This document shows, one piece after another, positions 41,648 through 49,312 of a stretch of 49,312 bases of DNA. The stretch comes from Lachnoclostridium sp. UBA1241 (GTDB taxonomy: Bacteria > Bacillota > Clostridia > Lachnospirales > Lachnospiraceae), in the NCBI GenBank assembly GCA_002308955.1, contig DBWJ01000046.1, positions 1-49,312 of the forward strand, read 5' to 3'. The notes under the pieces were generated by a model that saw nothing but the letters and a program-made list of their open reading frames with translations, was not told where the DNA came from and made no database searches. Position numbers and translations under genes: made by a program. Each line of letters opens with the position of its first letter. The stretch's first letter is position 1.

Positions 41648-43381
41648 ATGCGTAAATTGCTCCGTTACATGAAAGGTTATGGCGGGAGGGCTTTGGCGGC
41701 GCCGCTTTTTAAGCTGCTGGAGGCCTCCATGGAACTGTGCGTTCCGCTGATTGTAAAGTCCATCATCGACCGCGGAATCGGGCAGGAGGACAAGCCCTTC
41801 CTGATCCGTATGGTCCTTTTGATGGTTCTGTTCGGCATACTCGGCTACGGCTTCGCGCTCTGCGCGCAGTATTTTGCCGCGAAGGTGGCGACCGAATTTA
41901 CCGGGCGGGTCCGCTATGCTCTTTTCGAGCATATCCAGGCCCTGAGCTTCTCTGACCTTGACAAGCAGGGTACCGCGACGCTGATCACCCGCATGACCAG
42001 CGACACGAACCAGATCCAGAATGGCGTCAACCTGACGCTTCGACTGCTGATGCGTTCGCCGTTCATCGTATTCGGCGCTTTGATCATGGCATTTAGCGTC
42101 GATGTAAAGGGCGCGCTTGTGTTCGCCGTGATCATCCCGCTTCTTTCAATCGTCGTATTCGGCATCATGCTGATTACCATACCGCTCTACCGCCGCGTGC
42201 AGGCAAAACTCGACTCCGTCCTTTCGAAAACCCGGGAGCATTTAAGCGGCGTCCGCGTGCTCCGGGCGTTTTGCAAGGAAGAGGAAGAGGTGCACAAATT
42301 CAACACGCGCCACGAAGCCCTCACGAAGGAGCAGCTTCTTGTGGGGCGCATCTCCGCTCTGATGAATCCCGTCACCTATGTGATGATCAATCTTGCGCTT
42401 CTCGTGCTCATCTACGTCGGCGCGCTCCGGGTCGATACCGGGCTTCTGACGCAGGGTGCCGTCATCGCGCTTTACAACTATATGTCCCAGATTCTCGTCG
42501 AGCTCATCAAGATGGCCAACCTGATCCTCACGCTGACGAAATCCTTCGCAAGCGCGGGCCGCGTGCAGAGCATTCTCGACCTGCCTGTTTCGATGACAAA
42601 TGGCACAGCCACGGAAGGCCAAACCGATGCCCCTGCCGTCGAGTTCCGGGACGTTTCGTTCCGCTACGCGGATGCTTCCGCGGAGGCTCTCAGTCATATC
42701 AGCTTCCGGCTGATGCCCGGTGAATCCCTCGGCATCATCGGCGGCACCGGCTCCGGCAAATCCTCCCTCGCAAGCCTGATATCCCGCTACTACGACGCCA
42801 CCGACGGCGAAGTTCTGGTGCAGGGCGTTCCGGTCAAAGAGTGGGATATGACGAAACTTCGTAAGCTCATCGGCGATGTTCCGCAGAAGGCGGTTCTGTT
42901 CTCCGGAACGGTCCGCTCCAACCTGTTGTGGGGCGATAAGAATGCCGAAGATAAAGACCTTTATGCCGCGCTTTCCGCTGCCCAGGCGGAAAGCTTTGTA
43001 AGAGAAAAGCCCGAAGGGCTTGACGCGCCGGTTACCGCAGGCGGCAAGAATTTCTCGGGCGGCCAGAGGCAGCGTCTTACAATCGCCCGCGCCCTTGTAG
43101 GCGCTCCGCCGATTCTTCTTTTAGATGACAGTTCATCTGCGCTCGACTATGCTACCGACGCCGCGCTTCGTAAGGCAATCGCGTCGCTTCCGAACAGCCC
43201 GAGCCGCATTATCGTATCCCAGCGGACCGTTTCGATCGCGGACTGCAACCACATCCTCGTTCTGGATGACGGCAATGCGGTCGGCTACGGCACCCACGGC
43301 GAACTTCTGAAAACCTGCCCGACCTATAAGGAAATCTGCCAGTCCCAGGAAGATGCCTCGGAGAACGGAGGTGCCGCATGA
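41648..43381 (+). CDS. ABC exporter half-transporter (TMD-NBD) with Asp in place of the catalytic Glu (degenerate-site subunit)
   Basis: Walker A GGTGSGKSS. Signature FSGGQRQRL. Walker B reads ILLLDDSSSALD, with D where the catalytic E normally sits. Confidence 0.9.
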   Translation: MRKLLRYMKGYGGRALAAPLFKLLEASMELCVPLIVKSIIDRGIGQEDKPFLIRMVLLMVLFGILGYGFALCAQYFAAKVATEFTGRVRYALFEHIQALSFSDLDKQGTATLITRMTSDTNQIQNGVNLTLRLLMRSPFIVFGALIMAFSVDVKGALVFAVIIPLLSIVVFGIMLITIPLYRRVQAKLDSVLSKTREHLSGVRVLRAFCKEEEEVHKFNTRHEALTKEQLLVGRISALMNPVTYVMINLALLVLIYVGALRVDTGLLTQGAVIALYNYMSQILVELIKMANLILTLTKSFASAGRVQSILDLPVSMTNGTATEGQTDAPAVEFRDVSFRYADASAEALSHISFRLMPGESLGIIGGTGSGKSSLASLISRYYDATDGEVLVQGVPVKEWDMTKLRKLIGDVPQKAVLFSGTVRSNLLWGDKNAEDKDLYAALSAAQAESFVREKPEGLDAPVTAGGKNFSGGQRQRLTIARALVGAPPILLLDDSSSALDYATDAALRKAIASLPNSPSRIIVSQRTVSIADCNHILVLDDGNAVGYGTHGELLKTCPTYKEICQSQEDASENGGAA

Positions 43382-45108
43382 AGAAACAGACCATGCGCCG
43401 CGTCCTTTCGTATCTCGGACACCAGAAGCTTTTCCTGACGTTATCGCTGTTACTTTCCGCCCTGTCGGTAGTCTGCTCTTTGTATGTACCGCTTCTTCTC
43501 GGCGATGCCATTGACGGCATCCTGGGCAAAGGGAACGTTGATTTCGATTTGCTTTGGAAAATTCTTCCGAAAGCGGCCGTCCTGATCGGCATCTCCGCGG
43601 TTGCCTCCTGGATCACGGCAACCATCAACAACGCCATCACATTTCGCGTTGTGAAAGAGATCCGCGAGGAATTCTTCGAAAAGATTACCCGCGTTCCGGT
43701 TTCCTATCTGGATTCAAGAGAGAACGGCGACCTTTTGAGCCGTATGATCACCGACGTTGACCAGTTCTCGGACGGTCTTCTGATGGGCTTCTCGCAGTTT
43801 TTCACCGGCGTTGTGACAATTCTCGGAACGCTGTTCTGCATGGTCCTTAAGAGCCCGCTGATCGCGGGACTCGTCGTCGTTCTGACGCCCGCTTCGCTGT
43901 TCCTCGCGAAGTTCATTGCGGGCCGTACCTTTAAGCTGTTCCGTGAGCAGGCTAAGGTAAGAAGCGAACAGACCGGCCTGATCGACGAGATGGTCGGAAA
44001 CCGCAAGGTGGTTACCGCTTTCTCGCACGAAGAGGAATCCCTCGAGGCGTTCCGCGAGGTGAACGACCGCCTGACGCACGCTTCGCTCCGTGCCACGTTC
44101 TTCTCGTCGCTCACAAACCCGAGCACAAGAATTATCAATAACACCGTATATGCCGTTGTCACATTTGCCGGAGCCTTATCCGTAATTGCCGGAAGGCTGA
44201 CGGTCGGAAGCCTGTCCGCGCTCCTCGGGTATGCCGGACAGTACGCGAAGCCGTTCAACGAAATCTCCGGCGTCATTACGGAGCTGCAGAACGCGCTTGC
44301 GTGCGCGGGACGCGTGTTCGACGTGCTCTCCTACGAGTGGGAAGAGCCTGCAGAGGAGAGTGTTACCGATTTCGTTCCCGAAGGCCGCGTAACCGCGGAG
44401 CATGTCGCATTTTCCTATCGGCCTGACCGCCCGCTGATCCGCGATATGAATATCGATGTAAAGCCCGGCGCGAAGATTGCGCTTGTCGGGCCCACCGGAT
44501 GCGGCAAGACAACCATGATCAACCTTCTGATGCGCTTCTACGACGTGAATTCCGGCGTGCTTTCGGTTGACGGCACGGATATCCGCACCATCCCGAAGCC
44601 TGTTCTTCGAAAGCAGTTCGGCATGGTTTTACAGGACACCTGGCTTGCCGAAGGATCGATCCGTGAGAATATCTGCATGGGACGTCCGGACGCGACCGAG
44701 GAGGAAATGATTGCGGCCGCCAAGGCTTCCCACGCGCATAGCTTTATAAGACGATTGCCGCAGGGCTACGATACCGTTCTGTCCCATGGCGGCGAGGAGC
44801 TTTCCGCAGGCCAGAAGCAGCTTCTCTGCATTGCCCGTGTTATGCTCGCGCTTCCGCCGATGCTGATCCTCGACGAGGCGACATCCTCAATCGATACCCG
44901 TACCGAACTGAAGATTCAGGACGCCTTCCAGACAATGATGAAGGGGCGCACCACTTTCATCGTGGCGCACCGCCTGTCGACCATCCGGAACGCAAACTGC
45001 ATCCTCGTTATGAAGGACGGCGACATTATCGAGCAGGGCAGCCACGACGAGCTGATGGAGAAGGGCGGCTTCTACAAGGAACTCGTGCTTGCAGGCAGGA
45101 ATGGCTGA
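43378..45108 (+). CDS. ABC exporter half-transporter (TMD-NBD), consensus-site subunit
   Basis: Walker A GPTGCGKTT. Walker B MLILDEATSSID. Signature LSAGQKQLL. There is a 4-nt overlap with the upstream partner gene. Confidence 0.9.
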   Translation: MKKQTMRRVLSYLGHQKLFLTLSLLLSALSVVCSLYVPLLLGDAIDGILGKGNVDFDLLWKILPKAAVLIGISAVASWITATINNAITFRVVKEIREEFFEKITRVPVSYLDSRENGDLLSRMITDVDQFSDGLLMGFSQFFTGVVTILGTLFCMVLKSPLIAGLVVVLTPASLFLAKFIAGRTFKLFREQAKVRSEQTGLIDEMVGNRKVVTAFSHEEESLEAFREVNDRLTHASLRATFFSSLTNPSTRIINNTVYAVVTFAGALSVIAGRLTVGSLSALLGYAGQYAKPFNEISGVITELQNALACAGRVFDVLSYEWEEPAEESVTDFVPEGRVTAEHVAFSYRPDRPLIRDMNIDVKPGAKIALVGPTGCGKTTMINLLMRFYDVNSGVLSVDGTDIRTIPKPVLRKQFGMVLQDTWLAEGSIRENICMGRPDATEEEMIAAAKASHAHSFIRRLPQGYDTVLSHGGEELSAGQKQLLCIARVMLALPPMLILDEATSSIDTRTELKIQDAFQTMMKGRTTFIVAHRLSTIRNANCILVMKDGDIIEQGSHDELMEKGGFYKELVLAGRNG

Positions 45109-45181
45109 TTATCCGGGAACGACTGATTGTCCGCGGTCCGGACGGACGGCACTCCCCGCCGGCACGGATTGTACGGGGGGC

Positions 45182-45210
45182 TTGTCTTTCCGTTTTCGAT
45201 ATCGTATAAT
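45182..45210 (+). promoter_or_regulatory. Candidate sigma-A promoter for the GH3-like gene
   Basis: TTGTCT-17 nt-TATAAT. Confidence 0.5.
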
Positions 45211-45257
45211 GAATATGTTTCGGGCATTTGCAGATCCGAAACAGGAGGTCCATCGGT

Positions 45258-46532
45258 TTGAATAAACAGAAGATCATCTCAATTGTATCCTTCGTTGTGA
45301 TTATCGCTCTGCTTGCAGTCACGCGGATTTACGGCGGAGGCCGCTCCAACGGGAATCCCGTGCCCGGCTCCGAGCCCGGAACGACCGTAACGCCGACCGA
45401 TGCTCCGACGCCTGTTCCGACGACGCCCGCGACACCGACTCCCAGTCCGGTACCGACCGATACGCCGACGCCCACTTTGAGCCCGACTCCGACGGCGACG
45501 CCTACACCGACCATGCCGCCGGTACCGACGATTGCCCGGGAATATACGGACGCCGCGAAGGCCGTCCTTGAAACCATGACGACCGACGAGAAGATTTACC
45601 AGCTCTTCCTCGTGACGCCCGAGCAGCTGACCGGCGTCTGGCCCGTCACCAATGCATATGATAAAACGAAAAATGCCATCCGGCAGAAACCGGTGGCAGG
45701 TATCGTATACGCCTCCCAGAACATCGTAGACCAGGGCCAGGTAATGCGGCTCCTTAGTAACAGCCAGGGCTACTCGAAGTTCGGCATGTTCCTTACGATT
45801 CACGATGAAACCGGCTCCCTGACGAGCCTTGCCGGAACAAGACGCGTCCGGAAGCCTTATGAGATCGGCAGCACCGGAGATACGAACAAGGCGTTCGAAA
45901 CCGCCGTTTCGCTCGGTACCGACCTTCTGAAGCTCGGCTTCAACCTGAACCTTTCTCCGACGGCGGACATCACCGTGAACGGCACCTCCTTCGGTTCCGA
46001 CGCGGAGCTTGTGGCCGGAATGGTAGAGGCTTATGTAAAAGGCGGTCTTTCGGTGGGAATGCCCAGTGTGCTGTGCCATTTTCCGCTGCCGGTCGCAGAC
46101 CGGAACGAGCGGACGCTCGAAGAGCTCCGTGAGGCGGAATTCAAGACCTTCACGGTCGGACTGGTTGCCGGCGCATCCTTCGTAATGGTAGGCTATACCG
46201 ACATGGCGGCGCTTTCCGAAACCGGACACCCGGCCTGTCTGAATCCGGATGTCATCGGCGTGCTCAGAAACGAGCTCGGATTTAACGGAATCGTCATGAC
46301 CGAGGCGCTCGATGCCAAGGCGATTACCGCACAGTACAACGCAGGCGAAGCCGCCGTTATGGCTATCCAGGCGGGGGCCGATATCATTTACCGCCCTGCC
46401 GATCTGATTGCCGCGGCAAATGCCATCCGTGACGCCCTCAACGACGGAACCCTCAGCGAAGAACGGCTGAATGAAAGCGTGCTTAGGATCCTTTCCGTCA
46501 AGGCGCAGTTCGGAATTTTGAAGGAGCAGTAA
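45258..46532 (+). CDS. Membrane-anchored glycoside hydrolase family 3 N-terminal-domain-like protein (NagZ-like fold, non-canonical catalytic motifs)
   Basis: TTG 45258 lies 9 nt after AGGAGG. TM helix IISIVSFVVIIALLAV. Pro/Thr-rich linker. GH3-like body: IHDETGS, FNLNLSPTAD, CHFP, LRNELGFNGIVMTEALD, AGADII. Confidence 0.75.
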   Translation: MNKQKIISIVSFVVIIALLAVTRIYGGGRSNGNPVPGSEPGTTVTPTDAPTPVPTTPATPTPSPVPTDTPTPTLSPTPTATPTPTMPPVPTIAREYTDAAKAVLETMTTDEKIYQLFLVTPEQLTGVWPVTNAYDKTKNAIRQKPVAGIVYASQNIVDQGQVMRLLSNSQGYSKFGMFLTIHDETGSLTSLAGTRRVRKPYEIGSTGDTNKAFETAVSLGTDLLKLGFNLNLSPTADITVNGTSFGSDAELVAGMVEAYVKGGLSVGMPSVLCHFPLPVADRNERTLEELREAEFKTFTVGLVAGASFVMVGYTDMAALSETGHPACLNPDVIGVLRNELGFNGIVMTEALDAKAITAQYNAGEAAVMAIQAGADIIYRPADLIAAANAIRDALNDGTLSEERLNESVLRILSVKAQFGILKEQ

Positions 46533-46574
46533 GTTTAGGCTTCCGGCCGCCGAGGCGCGGTACGGAATTCAAGC

Positions 46575-46638
46575 AGTAAGCTTCGGTTTGGGAGTTATGA
46601 AAATGAAGTAACCTCCGGTTTCGGAGTTATGAATAAAA
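46575..46638. repeat. 32-bp tandem duplication upstream of the 46661 gene
   Basis: agtaagcttcggtttgggagttatgaaaatga (46575..46606) and agtaacctccggtttcggagttatgaataaaa (46607..46638). Confidence 0.7.
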
Positions 46639-46660
46639 AACAAAAAGGAGAACCAATCAC

Positions 46661-47308
46661 ATGGACAACGAAATGACCCAGCAGAATGCGGACGGCGTCC
46701 TTGCCACTTGCATCAGCAAAAAGAACGACAAGACCCCTGTAGTTTTCTATGCGGACCGGATGAACTTCAAGGGGGAGACCATCCTGTACAGCGATGTTGA
46801 GACCATCAGATTTGCCAGCAGTCATACCGCTTACAGCCTCATTTTCGAGACCTATTCCGGAATCTGTAACCTCCGCCTGAAGGACGGTCGGAAGCTGAAA
46901 TGGAGAACCGGTTCCTGGGGCTTCCTTGGAATCCACAGCATTAAGCGCAAGAAAGAACTCTACAGCGAGTTCTTCAGAGCAATCCTTGCAACGGTTGCCA
47001 AGAAAATTGCCGCGGATTACATCTCCCAGATTAAACTCGGCGGAACCGTTAAGATCGGCGGAATCACCCTTACGCCTACCGAAATCAGCGGAAAGCATGC
47101 CATGAAGAGCATCACGCTTCCGTACAGCGAAATCAGCGGCGCCAACCTCAGCTCCGGAAACATTTACGTCAACAAGGTTGAGAAGAATCGCTCCGCTTTC
47201 AACGGAATGCCCTTAAGCGTTGACAACGCTATCTGCCTCCTCTACATCGTTAACTCTCTTTGCGGCGTAGAGACGAATCCCGATGAGGCTGCACAGGGCA
47301 ACGCATAA
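46661..47308 (+). CDS. Hypothetical protein
   Basis: 215-aa ORF. AAAGGAG RBS lies 10 nt upstream. A strong terminator follows. I recognise no family. Confidence 0.6.
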   Translation: MDNEMTQQNADGVLATCISKKNDKTPVVFYADRMNFKGETILYSDVETIRFASSHTAYSLIFETYSGICNLRLKDGRKLKWRTGSWGFLGIHSIKRKKELYSEFFRAILATVAKKIAADYISQIKLGGTVKIGGITLTPTEISGKHAMKSITLPYSEISGANLSSGNIYVNKVEKNRSAFNGMPLSVDNAICLLYIVNSLCGVETNPDEAAQGNA

Positions 47309-47355
47309 TTGCGCAGCCGGTAGTTTGAAGCTCAAAACCGAATACTTGATGAAAA

Positions 47356-47387
47356 GGGCCTTTCGCTTGTCAGCGACGGCCCTTTTT
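47356..47387 (+). terminator. Rho-independent terminator
   Basis: GGGCC-UU-UCGCU-UGUC-AGCGA-C-GGCCC followed by UUUUU. Confidence 0.75.
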
Positions 47388-47416
47388 GAATGCGAATGAT
47401 AATCTGATTTTTGACC

Positions 47417-47450
47417 ATCCGGTCCCTTTTGGAACCGGATGTTGTTTTTC
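47417..47450 (+). terminator. Second hairpin with a U-tract; its arms resemble the core of the downstream repeat array
   Basis: AUCCGGUCCC-UUUU-GGAACCGGAU followed by GUUGUUUUUC. Confidence 0.45.
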
Positions 47451-47457
47451 TGCCTTC

Positions 47458-47740
47458 CAATTCCAGTCTTCCGATGGTTCTTTGGAACTGAGAGCAAGAT
47501 TATCCCTTTTCAGTTCCAGTCTTCCGGCGATTCTTTGGAACTGAAAGCAAGATTATCCCCTTTCAGTTCCAGTCTTCTAGTGGTTCTTTGGAACTGAAGG
47601 CAAGATTATCTCTTTTCAGTTCCAATCTTCCGACGATTCTTTGGAACTGAAAGCAGGTTTTACTCTTTTCAGTTCCAATCCTACAACAAATCCCTGGAAC
47701 CAAAGGCAAGTTTTCCGCTTTTCGGTTCCAGTATATTAGC
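47458..47740. repeat. Tandem array of 5 full units plus 1 partial unit with an exact 53-nt period; each unit carries the 12-mer CTTTCAGTTCCA and its reverse complement
   Basis: Units at 47458, 47511, 47564, 47617 and 47670, with a partial unit from 47723. Sequence similarity decays toward the right. The array is intergenic between convergent genes. Confidence 0.9.
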
Positions 47741-47780
47741 AAAACCGATCCCCCACAAAAGAGCCTGAAAGCACAGAAGC

Positions 47781-47825
47781 GACAACGAGGGCCCATCGCA
47801 CTCGGTGCGACAGGCCCTCGTTGTC
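47781..47825 (-). terminator. Long hairpin downstream of the 47839..49017 gene
   Basis: GACAACGAGGGCC...GGCCCUCGUUGUC (13-bp arms) with an inner hairpin UCGCAC-UCG-GUGCGA. The U-tract on the minus strand is only moderate. Confidence 0.55.
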
Positions 47826-47838
47826 AGTCTATGTAGTT

Positions 47839-49017
47839 TCAGAACAGCTTCTCTTCGACATTCGAAAGCGATTCGGCGGCTGTCTCGGCAACCGTTTCAG
47901 CAGCAGCTTCCGTCGTCTCCGTTACGGCCTCAGCTGCAGTTGATGCAGTCTCTGCGGCGGCATCCGTTACGTCTTTTACTGTCCCGTTTAAGAAAGCGTT
48001 TACTTCATCTTCCGTCACATTCAAGGCGTCAGCTGCCGCATCAGCGGCCTTCGCGGCTGCCTCTTCGGTTGCTTCTGCCGGATCGTCATACTTGGCGAAA
48101 GGAAGCGGTTCTTCAGGTTCCTCTGCAGGAACTTCAGCGGGCGCCTCCGCAGTGGTCTCAGCGGATGCTTCGGCCGATACCTCGGCGGGTGCTTCAACAG
48201 AAGCCTCAACAAGTGCCGCTACGGGTGCCTCAGCAGGTGTCTCCGCCGGTGCCGTATTCACGGAAGCCGGAACTACCGGCTGTTCAGGTGCTGCCGGTTG
48301 TACGGGCGCTGCTTCCGGCTGCGTAGGATTCTTCGCTGCCTTCACCGCTGCCGCTTCATCAAGTCGTAAATCCATCCACTTGGCACCAAGCAGAACGATA
48401 AATGCCATCGGGATATATGCTATAAATCCGTCACACGGGAATTGATACCGGTCAATTGTATCGCTCCAGCTCTCCGCCGACCATTCCTTCGTAAGAAGCG
48501 GAAGAACGTCAAGCGTGATGCTTAACAGAATTCCGAGAATGATTGACGAGCGCATCAGGATGGTGAAGATGCCTGTGGCATTTGCCGCGCGAAGCAGCAG
48601 GAATGCGCCAATCAGCATGAACAGAAGCACCAGTCCGGTGATGGTGCTGCAATAGATGAGTCCGGTAATCCGCATGTCGCCCCAGGACCACTTGATGCCC
48701 TTGTTGTCGTGAATCCAGCGGTAGGTATAGATGCCGAACTCCGCCGTAACAAGCAGTGCGCCGAGGAAGAACAGGAACCGGTTATTGCTCACCATCGAAA
48801 GGAACAGCACGAGAAGTGCCGCAATAACCATTAACAGAGATACTGTAGACAGGCGGATGTCCTTGTCGAAAAACTCCCTGAGCGCCTTCAGAACGGATAT
48901 GTCTTCCGATTTCGCCGTGTACAGAACGGCATAAACAAACGAATACGCCAGCTGCACGAAAAGCAGAAGGAAGCCGAAGGATAGTACATATGAATACTTT
49001 TTACTCTTAACTGTCAT
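47839..49017 (-). CDS. Polytopic membrane protein with an Ala/Glu/Pro-rich low-complexity C-terminal region
   Basis: 392 aa with about 7 hydrophobic helices, followed by AEAPAEV-type repeats. I recognise no family. Confidence 0.65.
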   Translation of the reverse strand: MTVKSKKYSYVLSFGFLLLFVQLAYSFVYAVLYTAKSEDISVLKALREFFDKDIRLSTVSLLMVIAALLVLFLSMVSNNRFLFFLGALLVTAEFGIYTYRWIHDNKGIKWSWGDMRITGLIYCSTITGLVLLFMLIGAFLLLRAANATGIFTILMRSSIILGILLSITLDVLPLLTKEWSAESWSDTIDRYQFPCDGFIAYIPMAFIVLLGAKWMDLRLDEAAAVKAAKNPTQPEAAPVQPAAPEQPVVPASVNTAPAETPAEAPVAALVEASVEAPAEVSAEASAETTAEAPAEVPAEEPEEPLPFAKYDDPAEATEEAAAKAADAAADALNVTEDEVNAFLNGTVKDVTDAAAETASTAAEAVTETTEAAAETVAETAAESLSNVEEKLF

Positions 49018-49053
49018 AAGAAAACCCCCTTTGCATCGGTATTTGCAAGAATA

Positions 49054-49082
49054 ATTTTAGCATTTACCGCGGCAAATGTCAA
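49054..49082 (-). promoter_or_regulatory. Candidate sigma-A promoter for the 49017 gene
   Basis: Minus strand reads TTGACA-17 nt-TAAAAT. Confidence 0.5.
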
Positions 49083-49132
49083 TCCTCTTTACCTCAAGCC
49101 GCTTCCCACACAGTCTTCCGGTCGTTCCCCCG

Positions 49133-49312
49133 TTAGCGCGTAAAATTCGTCCAGACCCGGCTCTCCTCCTCGGGAAGACCGACCTGTTCCTTACCGAGTG
49201 CGATGCTCTTCATCAGAAAGACCATATTGCGGGCAAGGACACGCATCACCTGCATGCCTTCCGCATCCACGCGGCCCTCGCCGGGCTCCCAGCCGTAGAT
49301 GTTGTTCCAGTA
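49133..49312 (-). CDS. Partial (3' end only) flavodoxin / FMN-reductase family gene; the 5' end lies outside the window
   Basis: Manual translation of the minus strand gives an open frame from the window edge to TAA at 49133: YWNNIYGWEPGEGRVDAEGMQVMRVLARNMVFLMKSIALGKEQVGLPEEESRVWTNFTR*. The EG.Q.MR.L..NM.FL.K pattern is typical of the C-termini of Isf/WrbA-like flavoproteins. Confidence 0.5.
   Translation of the reverse strand, partial: YWNNIYGWEPGEGRVDAEGMQVMRVLARNMVFLMKSIALGKEQVGLPEEESRVWTNFTR

Noticed and set aside
45279-46229. 316-aa minus-strand ORF, and the Gly/Val-rich 82-aa ORF at 45329..45577.
   Set aside because: Both are antisense to the GH3-like gene. The Arg-rich and Gly/Val-rich products mirror the Pro/Thr-linker codons.
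47483-47500. Sigma-54 promoter-like TGGAAC-N5-GCAAG inside each repeat unit.
   Set aside because: The GG-to-GC spacing is one nucleotide short of the -24/-12 consensus. The -12 element reads AAGC rather than TTGC. No bEBP gene is nearby.
47458-47740. Possible CRISPR array, because of regularly spaced repeats with palindromic cores.
   Set aside because: The 53-nt period is too short. The segments between the conserved cores are themselves conserved between units and differ only by point substitutions, so there are no unique spacers. No cas genes are in the window.
47213-47796. Track ORFs 47213..47497(-) and 47563..47796(-) crossing the repeat array.
   Set aside because: The repeat period of 53 is not a multiple of 3, so the reading frame changes every unit. 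There is no RBS, and the predicted proteins are low-complexity. They are a by-product of the repeat.
47805-48326. 173-aa + strand ORF rich in Leu/Pro/Arg/Gln.
   Set aside because: It is antisense to the low-complexity Ala/Glu/Pro tail of the 47839..49017 membrane protein gene and has no RBS.

Overview
This 49.3-kb chromosomal window appears to come from a moderately GC-rich Clostridia-type Firmicute. Evidence: AGGAGG-type RBSs, frequent GTG/TTG starts, and Lachnospiraceae/Oscillospiraceae-like protein families. I cannot name the species. I support about 45 CDS. I found no rRNA, tRNA, CRISPR array, transposase or integrase.

Gene content from left to right:
- 1-4.7 kb: a visibly AT-richer accessory patch. 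It holds a membrane-tethered XRE regulator overlapping a CPBP/Abi protease, then an orphan cluster of polymorphic-toxin-type immunity genes (DUF1444-like, SUFU-like, SMI1/KNR4) and a small membrane protein.
- 4.7-7.7 kb: an iron-sulfur flavoprotein, a NUDIX-GrpB fusion, a TIGR01212 radical SAM protein and a MutT-like NUDIX hydrolase.
- 7.9-9.8 kb: a cytoplasmic protein fusing a ParB-like N-terminal domain to a BMP/PnrA-like domain.
- 9.9-13.5 kb: a metallophosphoesterase, a preQ1-I riboswitch with queT, an orphan metal ABC permease and asnS.
- 13.6-19.6 kb: an apparent operon of a LacI-core-GGDEF cyclase, galK, and an XRE-HTH-PAS-degenerate GGDEF-EAL phosphodiesterase.
- 19.8-23.1 kb: tadA, an NrdG-type activase and an AI-2E transporter.
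- 23.2-26.6 kb: a YdjG/YdjI-like zinc-ribbon/SPFH membrane module with no pspA.
- 26.9-32.1 kb: a BMP-family nucleoside-type ABC importer operon.
- 32.1-41.5 kb, minus strand: a tightly coupled trio (Zn-ribbon repeat protein, radical SAM/SPASM enzyme, membrane-anchored Mrr-type nuclease domain), then rsmA, a DUF3810 protein, tatD, a Na/Pi-PhoU transporter and a PhoPR-like two-component system.
- 41.6-49.3 kb: an asymmetric heterodimeric ABC exporter, a membrane-anchored GH3-like protein with a non-canonical active site, two hypothetical genes and a partial flavoprotein gene.

The most unusual items are:
- the Zn-ribbon/rSAM-SPASM/Mrr trio at 32136..34509;
- an exact 53-nt-period tandem array of alternating inverted 12-mers at 47458..47740;
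- the pspA-less SPFH/zinc-ribbon module;
- the c-di-GMP enzymes flanking galK;
- a recurring pattern of short tandem duplications at gene 3' ends.

All family assignments come from motif recognition by eye, with no searches run. Start codons were chosen from RBS spacing and may be off by a few codons.
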